NCBI GenBank assembly: GCA_028534125.1
Contig: CM052818.1
Location: 18,478,001-18,542,000 of the forward strand
Reading direction: 5' to 3'
Length of the DNA: 64,000 nucleotides
From: Lama glama
Lineage: Eukaryota
The position numbers and the translations under genes were made by a program. This document shows, one piece after another, positions 12,901 to 25,032 of this stretch (within the stretch, counting starts at the first letter, position 1; every line of letters starts with the position of its first letter). The notes beneath the pieces are model-generated. The model ran no database searches and was not told where the DNA came from. It worked only from the letters and a program-made list of their open reading frames with translations.

Positions 12901-14473
12901 AGCTATCCACATACCCAAAATAAGATGTGAGCCGTCTCCAATCACGTTCTTCCAGCCCAGTGCCCTCTATCCTAGACAACTGACTGTCTGACTACTTGGG
13001 GGACTGTTAACTTGAAGCTGTATCATTTTTGTTTTTTATTAGCAATCTTCCCGAAAGCTTTTTCTCGTAATGACGTTACCACAGTGTGATTAGGCAACGA
13101 GCAAGGACATAAACATTCCAGTAAGATAAAAGCAGCTCTGCTTTCCCAGGACTCTCACAGTACTTCAACTTCATTAGGCTCCATGTTGTTTCATTAGAGT
13201 CAATGTCATTTAAATTTTTATGTTCATTTCAAGGCTATTTGTTTTGACAAAGGATTTTAAGAAAATGCAGTAGGAACTTTCTGGGTTTTATTTAACTTTA
13301 TAACCATCTAATTTACTCCCCAATAAAGGGATAACTAAGCATTCCTGTTATGCTGCTAAAAACCTCTTTGCATAATTTTGAAATACAACGCAAGACTCTG
13401 CAAGGAGGAAAATCATGCCAAGGAAATGCTGACACAAGCTCGCTAGTGTTTGGTGCTGGGGTTTAGGGACACAACACTTCCTCTCTTCATTAGCACACGC
13501 ATATTATTTAGGGCCCAAAGTCACCTCCTCTGCTCATATATTATTACTTTTCTGAACAAGTAGGTCCCTGACCCTGTCCCAGATAAGGATAGATGAAGCC
13601 CAGCAGGAAGTGCCCGCAGCCTAGGAGTGCCAGCAGACAGGAGATAACAATGACTGACAGGGTGATTTAGAGGGGAAGAAGCAGGAATGCATGGATTTTA
13701 TAGGCTTATTCCTCATTTCTCCCCAGTTTGACACTCGAATTGATTCAGATAGCTCTTCTCACTTGCCCTCTCATCAATCGAGCCATTCCTTACCTCTTCA
13801 TTTTGTATAACGTTCCTCTCTGGTAGGTAGGACTTCCCTCTTATCCTCCTAAATGTAGCTGATCTTTCAATATCCAGTGTTGTGTCCTGCCTCCTCCCTG
13901 AATCTCTTCCTGTTTGTTTCCTGCCCCGGGATCACTGGCTTCTCTCAATTACCCAAGCAACAAACACCGTTGTGCACCTACTAACTGCAGGCGTGAGTGT
14001 CCCTTGTGCTCACTCTTTGTTTTCCCTCCGATTGTTGGAGGATGTTCCTCTCCTCACTCTAATACAGGAGATCATTTCACTTCTTTTGTATTTCTCAAAA
14101 TACCAAATCAGTTCCTGGGCAAAGGATCAATAAATGCCTGTATGTTAAACTGTGCCTGGTGTGTTCTAAAGAAAAAACAAACAAACAAACAAAAACACTT
14201 AGGTAAATCCAAAGCTACCTGTCATTTCAGCACAATTAGAAAAAAAATTCTAGAAATATATACATATATATATGTATGTATGTATGCAGAAGAAATAAGA
14301 AAATGAGCCCACTGGAAAGTATTTCTAATATAATTATCTGGGGAATGTGTGTGGATGGCTTTGTGACAGACAAGAAGAGAGCAGAAATAATTTGCACTTG
14401 GATCTCACCAAGAGTTACTAGTCCCAAGGGGGTCGCAGGGCTCAGGCTGCCCTTGGACGTGGGAAGCAACTCG

Positions 14474-14549
14474 TTCACTTCAGCTGTGATAACAGCCAAT
14501 ACGTGCTTCCATTCACTTCGTCTGTGATAATAGCCAATACGTGCTTCCA
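14474..14549 (+). repeat. 38-bp direct tandem duplication (2 copies, 3 mismatches)
   Basis: TTCACTTCAGCTGTGATAACAGCCAATACGTGCTTCCA (14474-14511) followed by TTCACTTCGTCTGTGATAATAGCCAATACGTGCTTCCA (14512-14549). Confidence 0.95.
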
Positions 14550-15349
14550 GAAATGGGCTGGGAACTCACCAACTCTAAAACTCGTGTCCAGTAAATGTAC
14601 CCTGAGGTTACCCTCTAAACACAAATTTTGAACTCCCTGAGAAAACATACCATCATAAGCAAACATTATCCTTAGAAGAAAAAGATATTCTAAAACAGGA
14701 GACCTGTGTGTTGGTGCATCCTCACATCTAGCTTTTTCCAACCTATGAAGTCAGCGCCACTGCACTCATTCCCAGTGCAGACAAGGGTCTCTTTTCTTCA
14801 CTTCCATGGCTCCCCAGCAGCTCTTAGTACCCTATAGGAGGCAATAAATACTCACCCACCTGAACTGCTAGCTTCTCACACAAACATATGGCAAGTTTTG
14901 TGGGCCTCTTAACTATTGAATTTCCACATCAAACACATTTTCAATCTAAATCGCTTAGTTATAATACTTTTGTGTAAATCCAAACCAACAGAATATGCTT
15001 GGAGGCAGTGATTTTAGCAGATGAATAAATTTTCTTAACATTTATAACTTTCAAAGCATGGCTTTATAACTCAGGGAAATAACCAGGGTAATTAAAAATA
15101 TTGTCTAAAGACTCAGAATGAAGGAAAAAAAATAAAAGCCTTTATTAAAGTAGCCACTGAAGGAACATCTCCTCAAACACATGATTTAGCCTTTTCCCAG
15201 AACAGAGCCTAAAAGACATAAGTGGGCTCTTTATACCAGAGGAATCCCTGTGAAATGGTTACAGAGACGTTTATCTGTGGTTTCAACTCTAAGAAGCCAC
15301 GGACATTTCAGTGATTAGTTGCAGACACGGAGAAAAGGTTAACAACACA

Positions 15350-15612
15350 TGTCTGTGGGCTCTAAAATTATACAGTCCTGGGGTTGAATATCAACTTTGT
15401 CAAGTGTTACATGAAATGGATCCATGTAGTGAAAGCTAGATGGCCACTGTGACAATTGGTAAGTTTCACAGCCTCTCTGAGCCTCATCTGTACAATGAAA
15501 ATAAAAACATCAGCCTCACTGTACTGATTTGAGGATTAGACAAGATCATATGTAACCCTTGGCACAGTCTCCAGCTGTCTGGTATACAATAGAAGCTCAA
15601 TAAATGTTGGTT
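15350..15612 (+). mobile_element. MIR SINE (interrupted)
   Basis: CCTCTCTGAGCCTCATCTGTACAATGAAAATAA core and AGAAGCTCAATAAATGTTGG 3' end. Confidence 0.65.
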
Positions 15613-15723
15613 TCCCCCTCCTAGATGCATACCCTTTCCCCCATCCTATAGTCCCAAATTGCTCAAAAATTAGGGACTCTACTTATGTACATCCTAAAAT
15701 AGCTTTTATTAAAAGCATCCCTG

Positions 15724-15826
15724 AAAAAATATATACATCTGTATATATATGTATAACTGAATTGCTTTGCTGTAAACCTGAAACTAACATTGCAAATCAA
15801 CTACACTTCAATAAAAAATAAAAAAT
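15724..15826 (+). mobile_element. Short L1 3' tail
   Basis: ATGTATAACTGAATTGCTTTGCTGTAAACCTGAAACTAACATTGCAAATCAACTACACTTCAATAAAAAATAAAAA. Confidence 0.8.
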
Positions 15827-15999
15827 TTTTTAAAAAGTGTCCTTGGACTTGGCTCATCACATCAACTTCTCCAGCTACAAAATGGAAATATTACCTACCC
15901 TACCTACCTCATAAGAGTGCTGTGGCATCTCTGAAAAATATAGAGGACTGAAAAGAATGTTAGTGAGAAAAGGGAGAGCTCTTGGCTGACCTTCAGAAG

Positions 16000-16115
16000 A
16001 ATGGACTCTAGTCACGTGACCTTGAGCAAGCCTATCTCTCAGCATCACATTCCTCATTTTCCTTGAGCTTAACAGGTAAATAATGATACTTGCGTTACTT
16101 GTCATAAGGTTGTAA
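16000..16115 (+). mobile_element. MIR core fragment
   Basis: GTGACCTTGAGCAAGCCTATCTCTCAGCATCACATTCCTCATTT matches the MIR core (gtgaccttgggcaagt...cctcagtttcctcatct). Confidence 0.55.
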
Positions 16116-16489
16116 TAAACCCTTCTTTTCCATTTTCTATCTTGATCCTCACACCTGTGAAGCTAGAAAAGGTTTGGCTGATGGTCACCCAGCTATTATT
16201 TAAACCTAGATTTTACACCATGCCTGGAGTCCCAAGGTCTTGCCTTCCTCAATACCAGGACATTGACATAGAGAAGCAACATTATTTCAGAGGGTTAAGT
16301 TCTTTGAGGGCAGGGACCATGCCTTTCTTCTTAAGAGCTACACTCCTACTTCAGCAAGGATCTACATTGTACCTGACACAATCAAATGGCTATGTGCATT
16401 TATCAAATTGATTTTAATGCATCTGCATTGTATATAAAAAATTTTCATGCAGAATTATGAATGAATATGTGTGCAATTAAATACACTGA

Positions 16490-16695
16490 GGCAATGGAGT
16501 GTATTGGTTAAAGCATGGACTGTAAGACCAGAACAGCTGAATTCAAATCATAGTTCCCCTCTTTGTTACCTATATGACTCTAGGAAAGAGACCACATCTC
16601 TCCAAGCACTGGTTTCTTCATCTATCTCATGGAAAAAAACTAGATCTGCCTCCTAAGGTAGTACAGAAACTAAATGAGATAGAGAATGCATGTTC
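16490..16695 (+). mobile_element. MIR SINE
   Basis: GTATTGGTTAAAGCATGGACTGTAAGACCAGAACAGCTGAATTCAAATC...TATGACTCTAGGAAAG...TTTCTTCATCTAT...CTAAATGAGATA. Confidence 0.65.
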
Positions 16696-17889
16696 ATGCT
16701 TTCAGATTCTGTGCAAAGAGGGGGCAGAAGCAGAGAGCACAGCATGGAAGGTGAGAATGAAGTGGAGGTCTGGGCAACCAGAGAGCTCTAAGTTCAAAGT
16801 ACCCTAGTGAAGGCTAGAGAGAGCTTAAAGGCGCTGGGGACAAGAACAAAGTTGAATGTCACACTTTTACATATGTTCCACCTGCTCCCTTGGTTTCTGT
16901 GTAAACAGATGAGCTGAAGAGCCAGGTTAAGAAAAGAAAGAGGCATAATGGAATGTTCCATCAAGGCAGAACATTACTGCAAAACTTGCAGGTCCCTTCT
17001 CTTCCCTGTTTTTCTCTCCAACCTTCCAATTCCTTACACCCACTACTTCAGGTCTATTTATAGTTCCTCAGCCAACACACTTGTTCTCATTTTAACAGAC
17101 ACACAAACACACAAAGAGTCTCATGCATGGCCTCACACACATACACAAAGGGATGCAAACATACACCCATATATATGTATCCCTTACTCTTGACCCCAAC
17201 TTCCAAACAGTTCAAGGCTCCCACACCTGAGTAGCAGCAATTGGTGGCATTAACATTGGCAAAATACTACCAATAGGGCTTCTGGTTACACTTGACAATT
17301 TGAACATGCACGTTTTTTTCCACTTCCCAAATCCCATTAAAATCATGGCAATGCTTAAACTGCGGACGCTGGAAAGTGGACGATAGCGGCAAATGACTTG
17401 GCAGACCAGAAAAGCTGAAACCTACACTAAAAGGCCAGTGGTTTGTGCTGCAGACCTCAGAAAAACTGACTTGGAGTCCATGGGAACCTCTGAAGTTTCT
17501 TCTTCCAGGGCAGAAGAAAGGAAAGGCTTGCACAGCAGAAGATGGGGTGAGTCACGGCCCTAAGTTTAAGGGGGTCATGTCCATTATATGTCAGCAAATC
17601 TGTTAAATGAGAAAAAGTAAAAACAAAAACAAAAACACAACCCTACAAAAAAGGGGTGATTAAGTAGAAATTAGCATCCTAATTGGTAAGATACTACCTC
17701 ATTCCCAATTCCCGGAACTCTGGTAGCCAAGTTATACCTCCAGGCAGAAAATATAGAAGACTGCTCTGCAGAAACTGGCCAGCCCAAGAACAAAGAACTA
17801 CACATGGTGATATTTAGGGGTCCTCCAATGAAATAGCTAAGTCCCCCTGTGATTAGCCATCACTTGGTGCAATCCCCATTCCCTCATGT

Positions 17890-19320
17890 ACATCTTCCAG
17901 TCATTTTTTAGTACTTTCCTCTTAAATAAAATAGAAAGCCATTTGAGAGAAACTTTGAACATAAAGGCGGGAGATCAAAACAAAAGAAAAAGAATTGAAA
18001 AGAAAAGAGACAATACAGAGAACAGAAGAAAAATTCAAACACTCAAAAAGTACCATCTCAGGGATACTGAAACAAGCATCCCTATAATGCCTAGAAAAAG
18101 CATGGGACAGCAGTGGAAAACTGGAATCAAAAGAGAGATGTATCCTTTATTTCCTTCACGTTTGTGCGTGTGTTTATGCAAGCGTGTGCTGAGATTATGT
18201 GTACTATTTTGTCTTTATGTTTGACTGTATTTAACTGATAACTAATAAACAAGATAATTAAAGCTTAAAAAAAAGCATTTGAGTAAGGCATCCATGAATA
18301 AAGAACAAAAAGCCATGGAATGAAAAAACAGAATTTTAAAAATTCAGTTGATTAGAAAATAAGGTTGAGGACACAACTTAACTTAAAACAAAAAGACAAA
18401 GAAATGGAAAAATAGGAGAAAAGAGAAAACAGAAAACCAATCCAGAAGATGCAACATCAGACTTAATGTTAAGTTCTAGAAATTGAGCACAGGAAGTCCA
18501 GAAGAAAGAAAATTATCAAAGATATAACACAAAGAATTTCCTGGAACTAAGAAAATACCTAGATTTTAAGATTTTCCAGCTTAAAAGAATTTAATAAGTA
18601 TCCCATGCAATAAACAATTAAAGACACAAAACATCCTCATGAAATTTCAGAACACTGGGAGTTAGGGAAGAGCCTAAAAGCTTCCAGGAAGGAAAACAAA
18701 ATAGTAAAACAAAACAAAAAGCAGGTAGGAAGAACTATATCCAATTTCTTAAAACCAGAAGAAATTAGAAGATGATAAAGCAATGACTACAAAATTCTGA
18801 GGGAAAATAATCTCTAGCCAAGAATTCTATGCCAGCCAGACTAAGATCCAAGTTGGGATGGTCAAATAAAGATATTTCTAGATATATAAGAGCTTTTAAA
18901 AAATGAAGCAAATAAGTATTCTTTCTTAAAAAGCATTAGGAAGATGTGTTGTAGTCAAACAATGTGGGATCCAGGAGCATGGACTCCAGCTCAGGAAGGA
19001 GGCCAAGAGAATCCCAGGATAGCATCAGGGACAGCAAACTGTGAGGCAGTCAGAGGTAACAACCAGTCCACGCCGGGGAGTTAAATGAAAGGCTCCAAGA
19101 GGAAAAAGGAACTATTCGATTACTTCATGATTTAAATGGAACAAAAAAGGGTTTTACAGCTCCAGTGAAATATATGGGAATGACTTATTGACAGACACAC
19201 AGAAAACTAAGCCAATGAAAAAGCAAGTCAATTAACAATGCCAAGAAAAGAAGTTGCAACAGATGTGAAATTTTAGAATACTGCATGACTTAGCTGTGAG
19301 TGATACTGACAAAGTCATGA
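17890..19320 (+). mobile_element. Highly degraded L1 (ORF1 region, L1ME/MD-like)
   Basis: A-rich strand bias and motifs such as ATGAAATTTCAGAACACTGGG...CTAAAAGCTTCCAG and AAAATTCTGAGGGAAAATAA...AGAATTCTATGCCAGCCAGACTA, typical of old L1 ORF1. Confidence 0.6.
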
Positions 19321-21432
19321 TGAACAAAACTAGTGAGACAGCTATGTTGAGAGATGGAAGAAGAGACATTAGGGAAGTGTATAAAAGGAGTGATTTAAGA
19401 AAATAAAATCCTCATCTTTTAATTTAGGTATTTAGTTGAATGATGGAGAAAAAGCTAAAAACAAGAAGCAGAGTGCTTTTTAAAAACTCAATCATAATAT
19501 GCTAATAAAAACTGTTGAGCCAGATGTGAGTGAGAAAATTGCACAAGATTGGGGGGGGACTGTAAAATTGTAAGACTCTACTTTGCAAGTGAATATAACT
19601 TTCGCTCCATTTTTCAAAAAACCTAAAATTAGAAATCAGAGCTGATGCATTGGGGGAACAGGTTTATGCAACAAAGACCACACAGACTTCTAATCAGTGA
19701 CAATGTCCTCAAAGAGGAGTCTTCACCCTACATCAACAGACTGGTGTTCACTAAAAGTTCAGGTTAAAACAAGAATAATTATTTTAAGTAAGTAAGTGAG
19801 TAAGTGAGTAAATAAGTAGGAGAGAAATAAATGTTAATGTATATTTACATCTTTCTTTTTTTATAATTCTCTACTCTAACCAACTTTTTAGTGTGAGGCA
19901 AGGAAAGACTGAAGTAACTACAAGGTTTGTGTGGGCAAACAAAGACACAAGATTACAACTTCTTAAGTTTGATGAGGCCAACCTGGCTCTGCTAAACTCA
20001 CCCCTTACCCAACCACTTCCTCTGTGGTCCAGCCTACGGGCACCCATTTCCAGCAAGGTTAAACAGTCAGGACTCGGACCTCACACTCCTGGCTCTGGAT
20101 CAGGAAGGAAGGACAAGCCATACCATCCCCAGTAAGAGCAAGAGTGATTTAAATGTTAGTCTGAAAATGCCAACTCATACATCCCCAAATTGTGACATCT
20201 AAGGTCTGACAAGCCAGCCTGGGAATAAGATGAATAAAATAAGATAGTCCCTCCTCCCCTTACAAATCACACAAATTCAAAGCTCAGAAAACCTTTATTT
20301 TGATCTCTTTGCCCATCCCCTCAGAGAACCCTGGCTCTACCTTCAATATGGAGCTTCAAACAAATCTCTGCTTCCTTGGGACCCTAAAAACAACTGTGCT
20401 CCTTGCGGTGCATTAACTCTTTCCAACAGATAGCCAATTACCTTTAATTAGTTTTAAACAGCTGGTTATTTCCTTGAGATCCTTGATTAAACATTTCTTT
20501 CTGAAGAAGAACCTATTTGTTTTTTAACTAATCAACTAGCCCACTTCCCCCAGAGATGAGCCTTTCCCGGAAAAGAAAAGGGCTTCCTTGCTTCCTTGTT
20601 TCGAAGTGGGTAAGGAAGGCTGAAAGGGTGCTCTGGGCTTCCTGGACCCCCCAGGAAGCCCCTAAGGGAGGCCTGTGTTCTTCAAAATCGCCACTGGCTC
20701 TCAGCTTCTCCACTGTCACCCATTACAAAGCTATGCAGGCAGGAGACACCCCCAAAAAACACACTGAAGGTGAGGAGCAAGACAATGATGGAAAAGCCAG
20801 GATCCACACTCCATAGACACCTGCCCTCCGACCACGTCAGATTCCAACACAGGGCTCCCCTTCCCACTCCAGAGCCCCTACCCATGTTGTTTATCCACCT
20901 CCACTCCCACAATTTCAGGTGCAGCCCAGATCTCCCCTCTTCTTTGGTATCTTTCCCCAAGGCCAGGTAGGTCCCTCCGACATTCTGCCCTGCCCACCTC
21001 TGTGTCTACCAACAGTGTTTGTATAAAGGGCATTTGTTGTGCACATCTTGAAGTTAGTCTATTTTTCTATCTCCTAGTGTTGCTCCAACTTAACTGTGTC
21101 ACATTTGTGCCACATGACTTATTCTTCCTTTATCTCTTCCACAGTGTTCGGCAAAACACTGAATGAAAACATTCAGGAAAAAAAAAAAGTTTTCTTTTCC
21201 CTCTCACCTACCTACAGTCTTTTCACGGCCCCTCAAATGGTACCCAGGGTGCACCAAGTAGAAGCCCAACTTGGGCCAATTCCTTAAATGTAGGAGCCAT
21301 ATGAATGCAAAGCTCCCCAAACTTTTCCAGTAAAAGTTCATAAACAAACAGTCTAGAACTACATGTCCTAAGCCACAGCAGAACGCGTTTGGTCATGTGC
21401 AGAGGGAACAGAGTTGTAGTCTCAAACTCAGG

Positions 21433-22189
21433 CATGGTCGGCAGCCTGTAACATGACACCCCATGAACCAACTTCCAGGCACTCTTGCCCCTGTGTAATC
21501 CCCTCCCCTGGGTGTGGGCTGGATCTGCACTCACTTCTAAGTAATAAAATTTGCCAGAGCCATGGAATGTCACTCCTGAGATGAGGTGATGAAAAGACTG
21601 TGCTTCTGTCTCAAGCTCTCTTTTTCTCCCTCTCTCCCCCCATTTTGTCTGGTCTTTTCCTTTTCCCAGTCTTTTTCTCTCTCTTTTTCTCCCTTCCCTC
21701 CCCTCTCCTCCTTTCTCTCTCGCTCGCTCTCGCTCGCTCGCTCGCTCTCGCTCGCTCTCGCGCTCTCGCGCGCTCTCGCGCTCTCGCGCTCGCTCGCGCC
21801 CTCGCGCCCTCGCGCCCTCGCGCCCTCGCGCCCTCGCGCCCTCGCGCTCTCGCGCTCTCGCTGTCACTCTCTCCTCTCTCTCTCCCTCTTTGCTCTGAGG
21901 GAATCAGGTGTCGTGTTGTAAGCAGCAGCTCTATGGAAGGGACCACGAAGCAAGAAAATGGCTTCTCCAGCCAACATTCAGAGGAGACTGGAGGCCTGCC
22001 TACAGCCATGTGAATGCACTTAGAAGCAGACCCTCCCCACCAGGCCCTGAGATGACTTCCACTCCAGCTGACACCTTGGTTGCAGCCTTGTGAGAGACTC
22101 TGAGCCAGAAACTCCCAACTAAGCATTGGGTTTGTTGTTCTAAGATACTAAAATTTGGAATGATTTGTTACATAGCAATAGCTAATACA
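21433..22189 (+). mobile_element. MaLR solo LTR (MLT1F/E-like) with internal microsatellite expansion
   Basis: 5' part CCCCTGTGTAATCCCCTCCCCTGGGTGTGGGCTGGA...AAAAGACTGTG. 3' part CCAGCTGACACCTTGGTTGCAGCCTTGTGAGAGACTCTGAGCCAG...TTTGTTACATAGCAATAGCTAATACA. Confidence 0.8.
21715..21861 (+). repeat. CpG-rich compound microsatellite (CTCG / CTCTCGCG / (CTCGCGCC)6)
   Basis: Six perfect CTCGCGCC units at 21793-21840. About 35 CpG in 140 bp by hand count. Confidence 0.9.
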
Positions 22190-24976
22190 CTAATTTTTCA
22201 ACAAATATCAGAAATTTTTTCTGTAAAACAAATTAAATCTAATGTAGACCTCCTCTTCCTTCCTCCCCTGCCAGACTGGCAGGAAATTATCTTTTTCAGT
22301 ACTATAAACCTAAACCCCCATCTACTCCTCTAGGGTCTTATCGAAGTCCCAGGGCATTTAGGACAGAATATTTGGAGAGGGGACTCTGGTTCTTGGTTAG
22401 CACTGGTCACCACTGTTGGGCTCATTGCCCAACTGTGCATGGCCCTTGGAGTCAGGGGGTCAGGAAGCTCCCTACTTTCTCTGCTAAGCCTCAGCGTAGC
22501 CACTGGGTTTCTTGCTGAGGTTGGAGTCCAACACCCAGCACCCAAGGCCCAGCCTCCCTTCTGCAATCCTGTAAGCTCCCAATCAGGCCCCCTCATGCAC
22601 CTCTATCCTTTCCCAGGCTTCTGGGATTCTCCCTTCTCTTGTTACTTCCACTCTCTTCTCCATGGCACTCCACCCCCATACACACACACACACACACACC
22701 CTTCACGTAATTTCAGAGTTTTAGGTTTTGGAAAAAACCTAGAAAATCAATTATCTTCAAGATGCTACTTCAAAAAAGAAACACAATGGCTTTCTCCAAA
22801 TTCAGAAAAATATACAAATGGTTCTCATTCTTTCTGATACTTCAATGGCCTCAAAAACAAAATATAAATTAATGTTTCAATAAACAGTTCCACTAAAATT
22901 ATTTTCCCCCCAATATTTAAGAAAATATTTATGCCCCAAGAATGATTACCATGGTTACCCCAAGGCTCTGAATACCTCCTAGTAAACTGTAGCAAACCAC
23001 CACCTACTGCTCCCTCCCTCAACATGCAGCCCACTATAAAGAAGCTCAGAAATGGGGGAACACGAAGCTTCCCAGTATGAACTGACTTTTTCTAACTCTC
23101 CCCTCGCTCTATTACAGAACAGCCCAAGCAGCCAGCCATGAAATGGGCATCCTGCAGGCAAAGCTGAAATAAGCTGTTACTTCTGTGTATGATTTAAGTG
23201 CTACCAGGGAGATCTTTCTTGACCCAAAATATCTTCCCAGTGTTCTGTAACAGTGACTGAAGCCCACCTTTAGAGCTTGGCTCATTTGGGTTGAAAGCAC
23301 TGTTATTCCAAAGTCGAATTACCCATTGAGCTGTTTTTAGCCAGGAGCACCTTCTGACAGTTTAGGTTATCAGTTCTTTTCTAATAGGCAGCTTATTTGA
23401 AAAAGGTGTTTGGGTTCGTATGTGAGTGGAGGAATAGGAAGAAAGAGATTCTGAACAGCAGCAGTGAAGGCATTCTGAATATAAAGCTCAAGGCAGCCAG
23501 CGGGAGAGAAAGGAATAGAAAAAAACCTCCCTTTACTGTAAATGTGACATGACTACTGGGGTTATGACAAATACACACTGTTACAGTTACTCTATGAAGA
23601 CCAGAAAGGATGAAGGCCACCCCTGGGACCAGATATGATCTCATGAAGGGTCACTGTTAGTGTCCAGTACTAACAGCATAGGCCAGTCCTTGAAGAAGAA
23701 AAAACAAGAACTGAACGGTCTAGACATTAGGGTCCAGATGACTGGATGGACATCACTAGGTAATACGTATAAAGATGATTTCCTTTCTGTGAAGGGAGAC
23801 CAAGAGCTGGGAATAAAAGACATCAGGCCTGGTCTTTTCCCAAGGGTCCTCCAAGAATGGGATAGGAACAGCCTGAGCTCCAGGGAGATGTATTTTCTAG
23901 AATGACAATGCTCTCTCTATGGTAGAAACACCCTCAGCTTGTGGTTGCGATCAAATCAGTTGCGCAATCTCCCAGAGTAACCCTTTAGAAGGGGCTATAC
24001 CACCCCCTAGAAATGCAGCAAAGAGGAGAATGTATTTACTGAAGTTCTTCTCAAGGAAAAAGCATGTGATTGACAAATCACTTGGGAGGGAAGGGTGGGG
24101 AGAGGTCCCTGAGGGTCAGGTCTTCCATGGATGGTGACACCAGTTCACTGTCAAACTTTTGATTTGCTAGATGAGACATGAAATTTTGAGTTAGTGGCTA
24201 GATTACTCAGGTACCATCAATATAAGGCTAACACTATCGGAAGTCTTTCTGCTTCCCAAACACAAGAGGCTATGAGACTGAAGGGGTGCCGTGCTACTAT
24301 CCTGCTTGTGCGGTTACGGCTACTCTAGTCCTATTCATGAGAAGATCTACTTGATTGTCTAGTCTTGGCTCAACTAATGAGAAACAAAGGAAAGGACACT
24401 TGTTGCTCACTTGGGTCAGAGTGCTAAGGGGCAGCTTTCTCCTGAGGCCAGTTGTGTTGGTCTTAGTCAAGAGACCTCAAAAAGAAGATGAATGTGTGAA
24501 CAGACCAATCCTCTCGCCCCTTCCTCCCTCCCCTAGCACATTCTCCTCTACTCAGAGCCAACCTCAGAAGAACTGGAGTTTGTCTGATTGCTATTAATTA
24601 AAAGGTATTATTTCCTTCCAGGGGAGCACTGAGCACCCATGTCAAAAGAGGTCACAAGAGGAGGGAGAGAACTTTGAAAATAGATAATCTTGTTCCCAGA
24701 TTTTCAGAGGACCTGCCTGGATGTGGACTCACAGGTTAAAAAGTGCTCTCATAACAAGAATTCTTAACAATGATAAAAGATTAATATTCCAGCTACTCTT
24801 CTCTCCTTTTAACAAGGGGGTTCATCCATGCAGCAGTGGTAGTATGAGGAGGAAAGCTGGGGACTGGCTCACAGTGCTGGTTTTTTCCTCAACAAATGCA
24901 TTGCCTCCCACTTTCTGCTTCTTCCACTGGCCCTACCATCAAAAGGCAGCAGATTTGGGACCCCCAGACAGTTCTT

Positions 24977-25032
24977 CTCCTTTGCCCAAAAGTAGACAGT
25001 CCCCCTCCTTTGCCCAAAAGTAGACAGTCCCC
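24977..25032 (+). repeat. Perfect 28-bp tandem duplication
   Basis: CTCCTTTGCCCAAAAGTAGACAGTCCCC twice (24977-25004 and 25005-25032). Confidence 0.97.

Noticed and set aside
14474..14549. CRISPR-like direct repeats (also 24977-25032 and 60852-60917)
   Set aside because: Only two adjacent copies, no spacers, no cas genes, and a mammalian context. These are simple tandem duplications.
21223..22126. Long ORFs of 214, 171, 137 and 111 aa rich in Arg/Ala/Glu or Ser/Leu/Arg
   Set aside because: They are translations of the stop-free CT/CG microsatellite inside an LTR and show no domain or gene structure.
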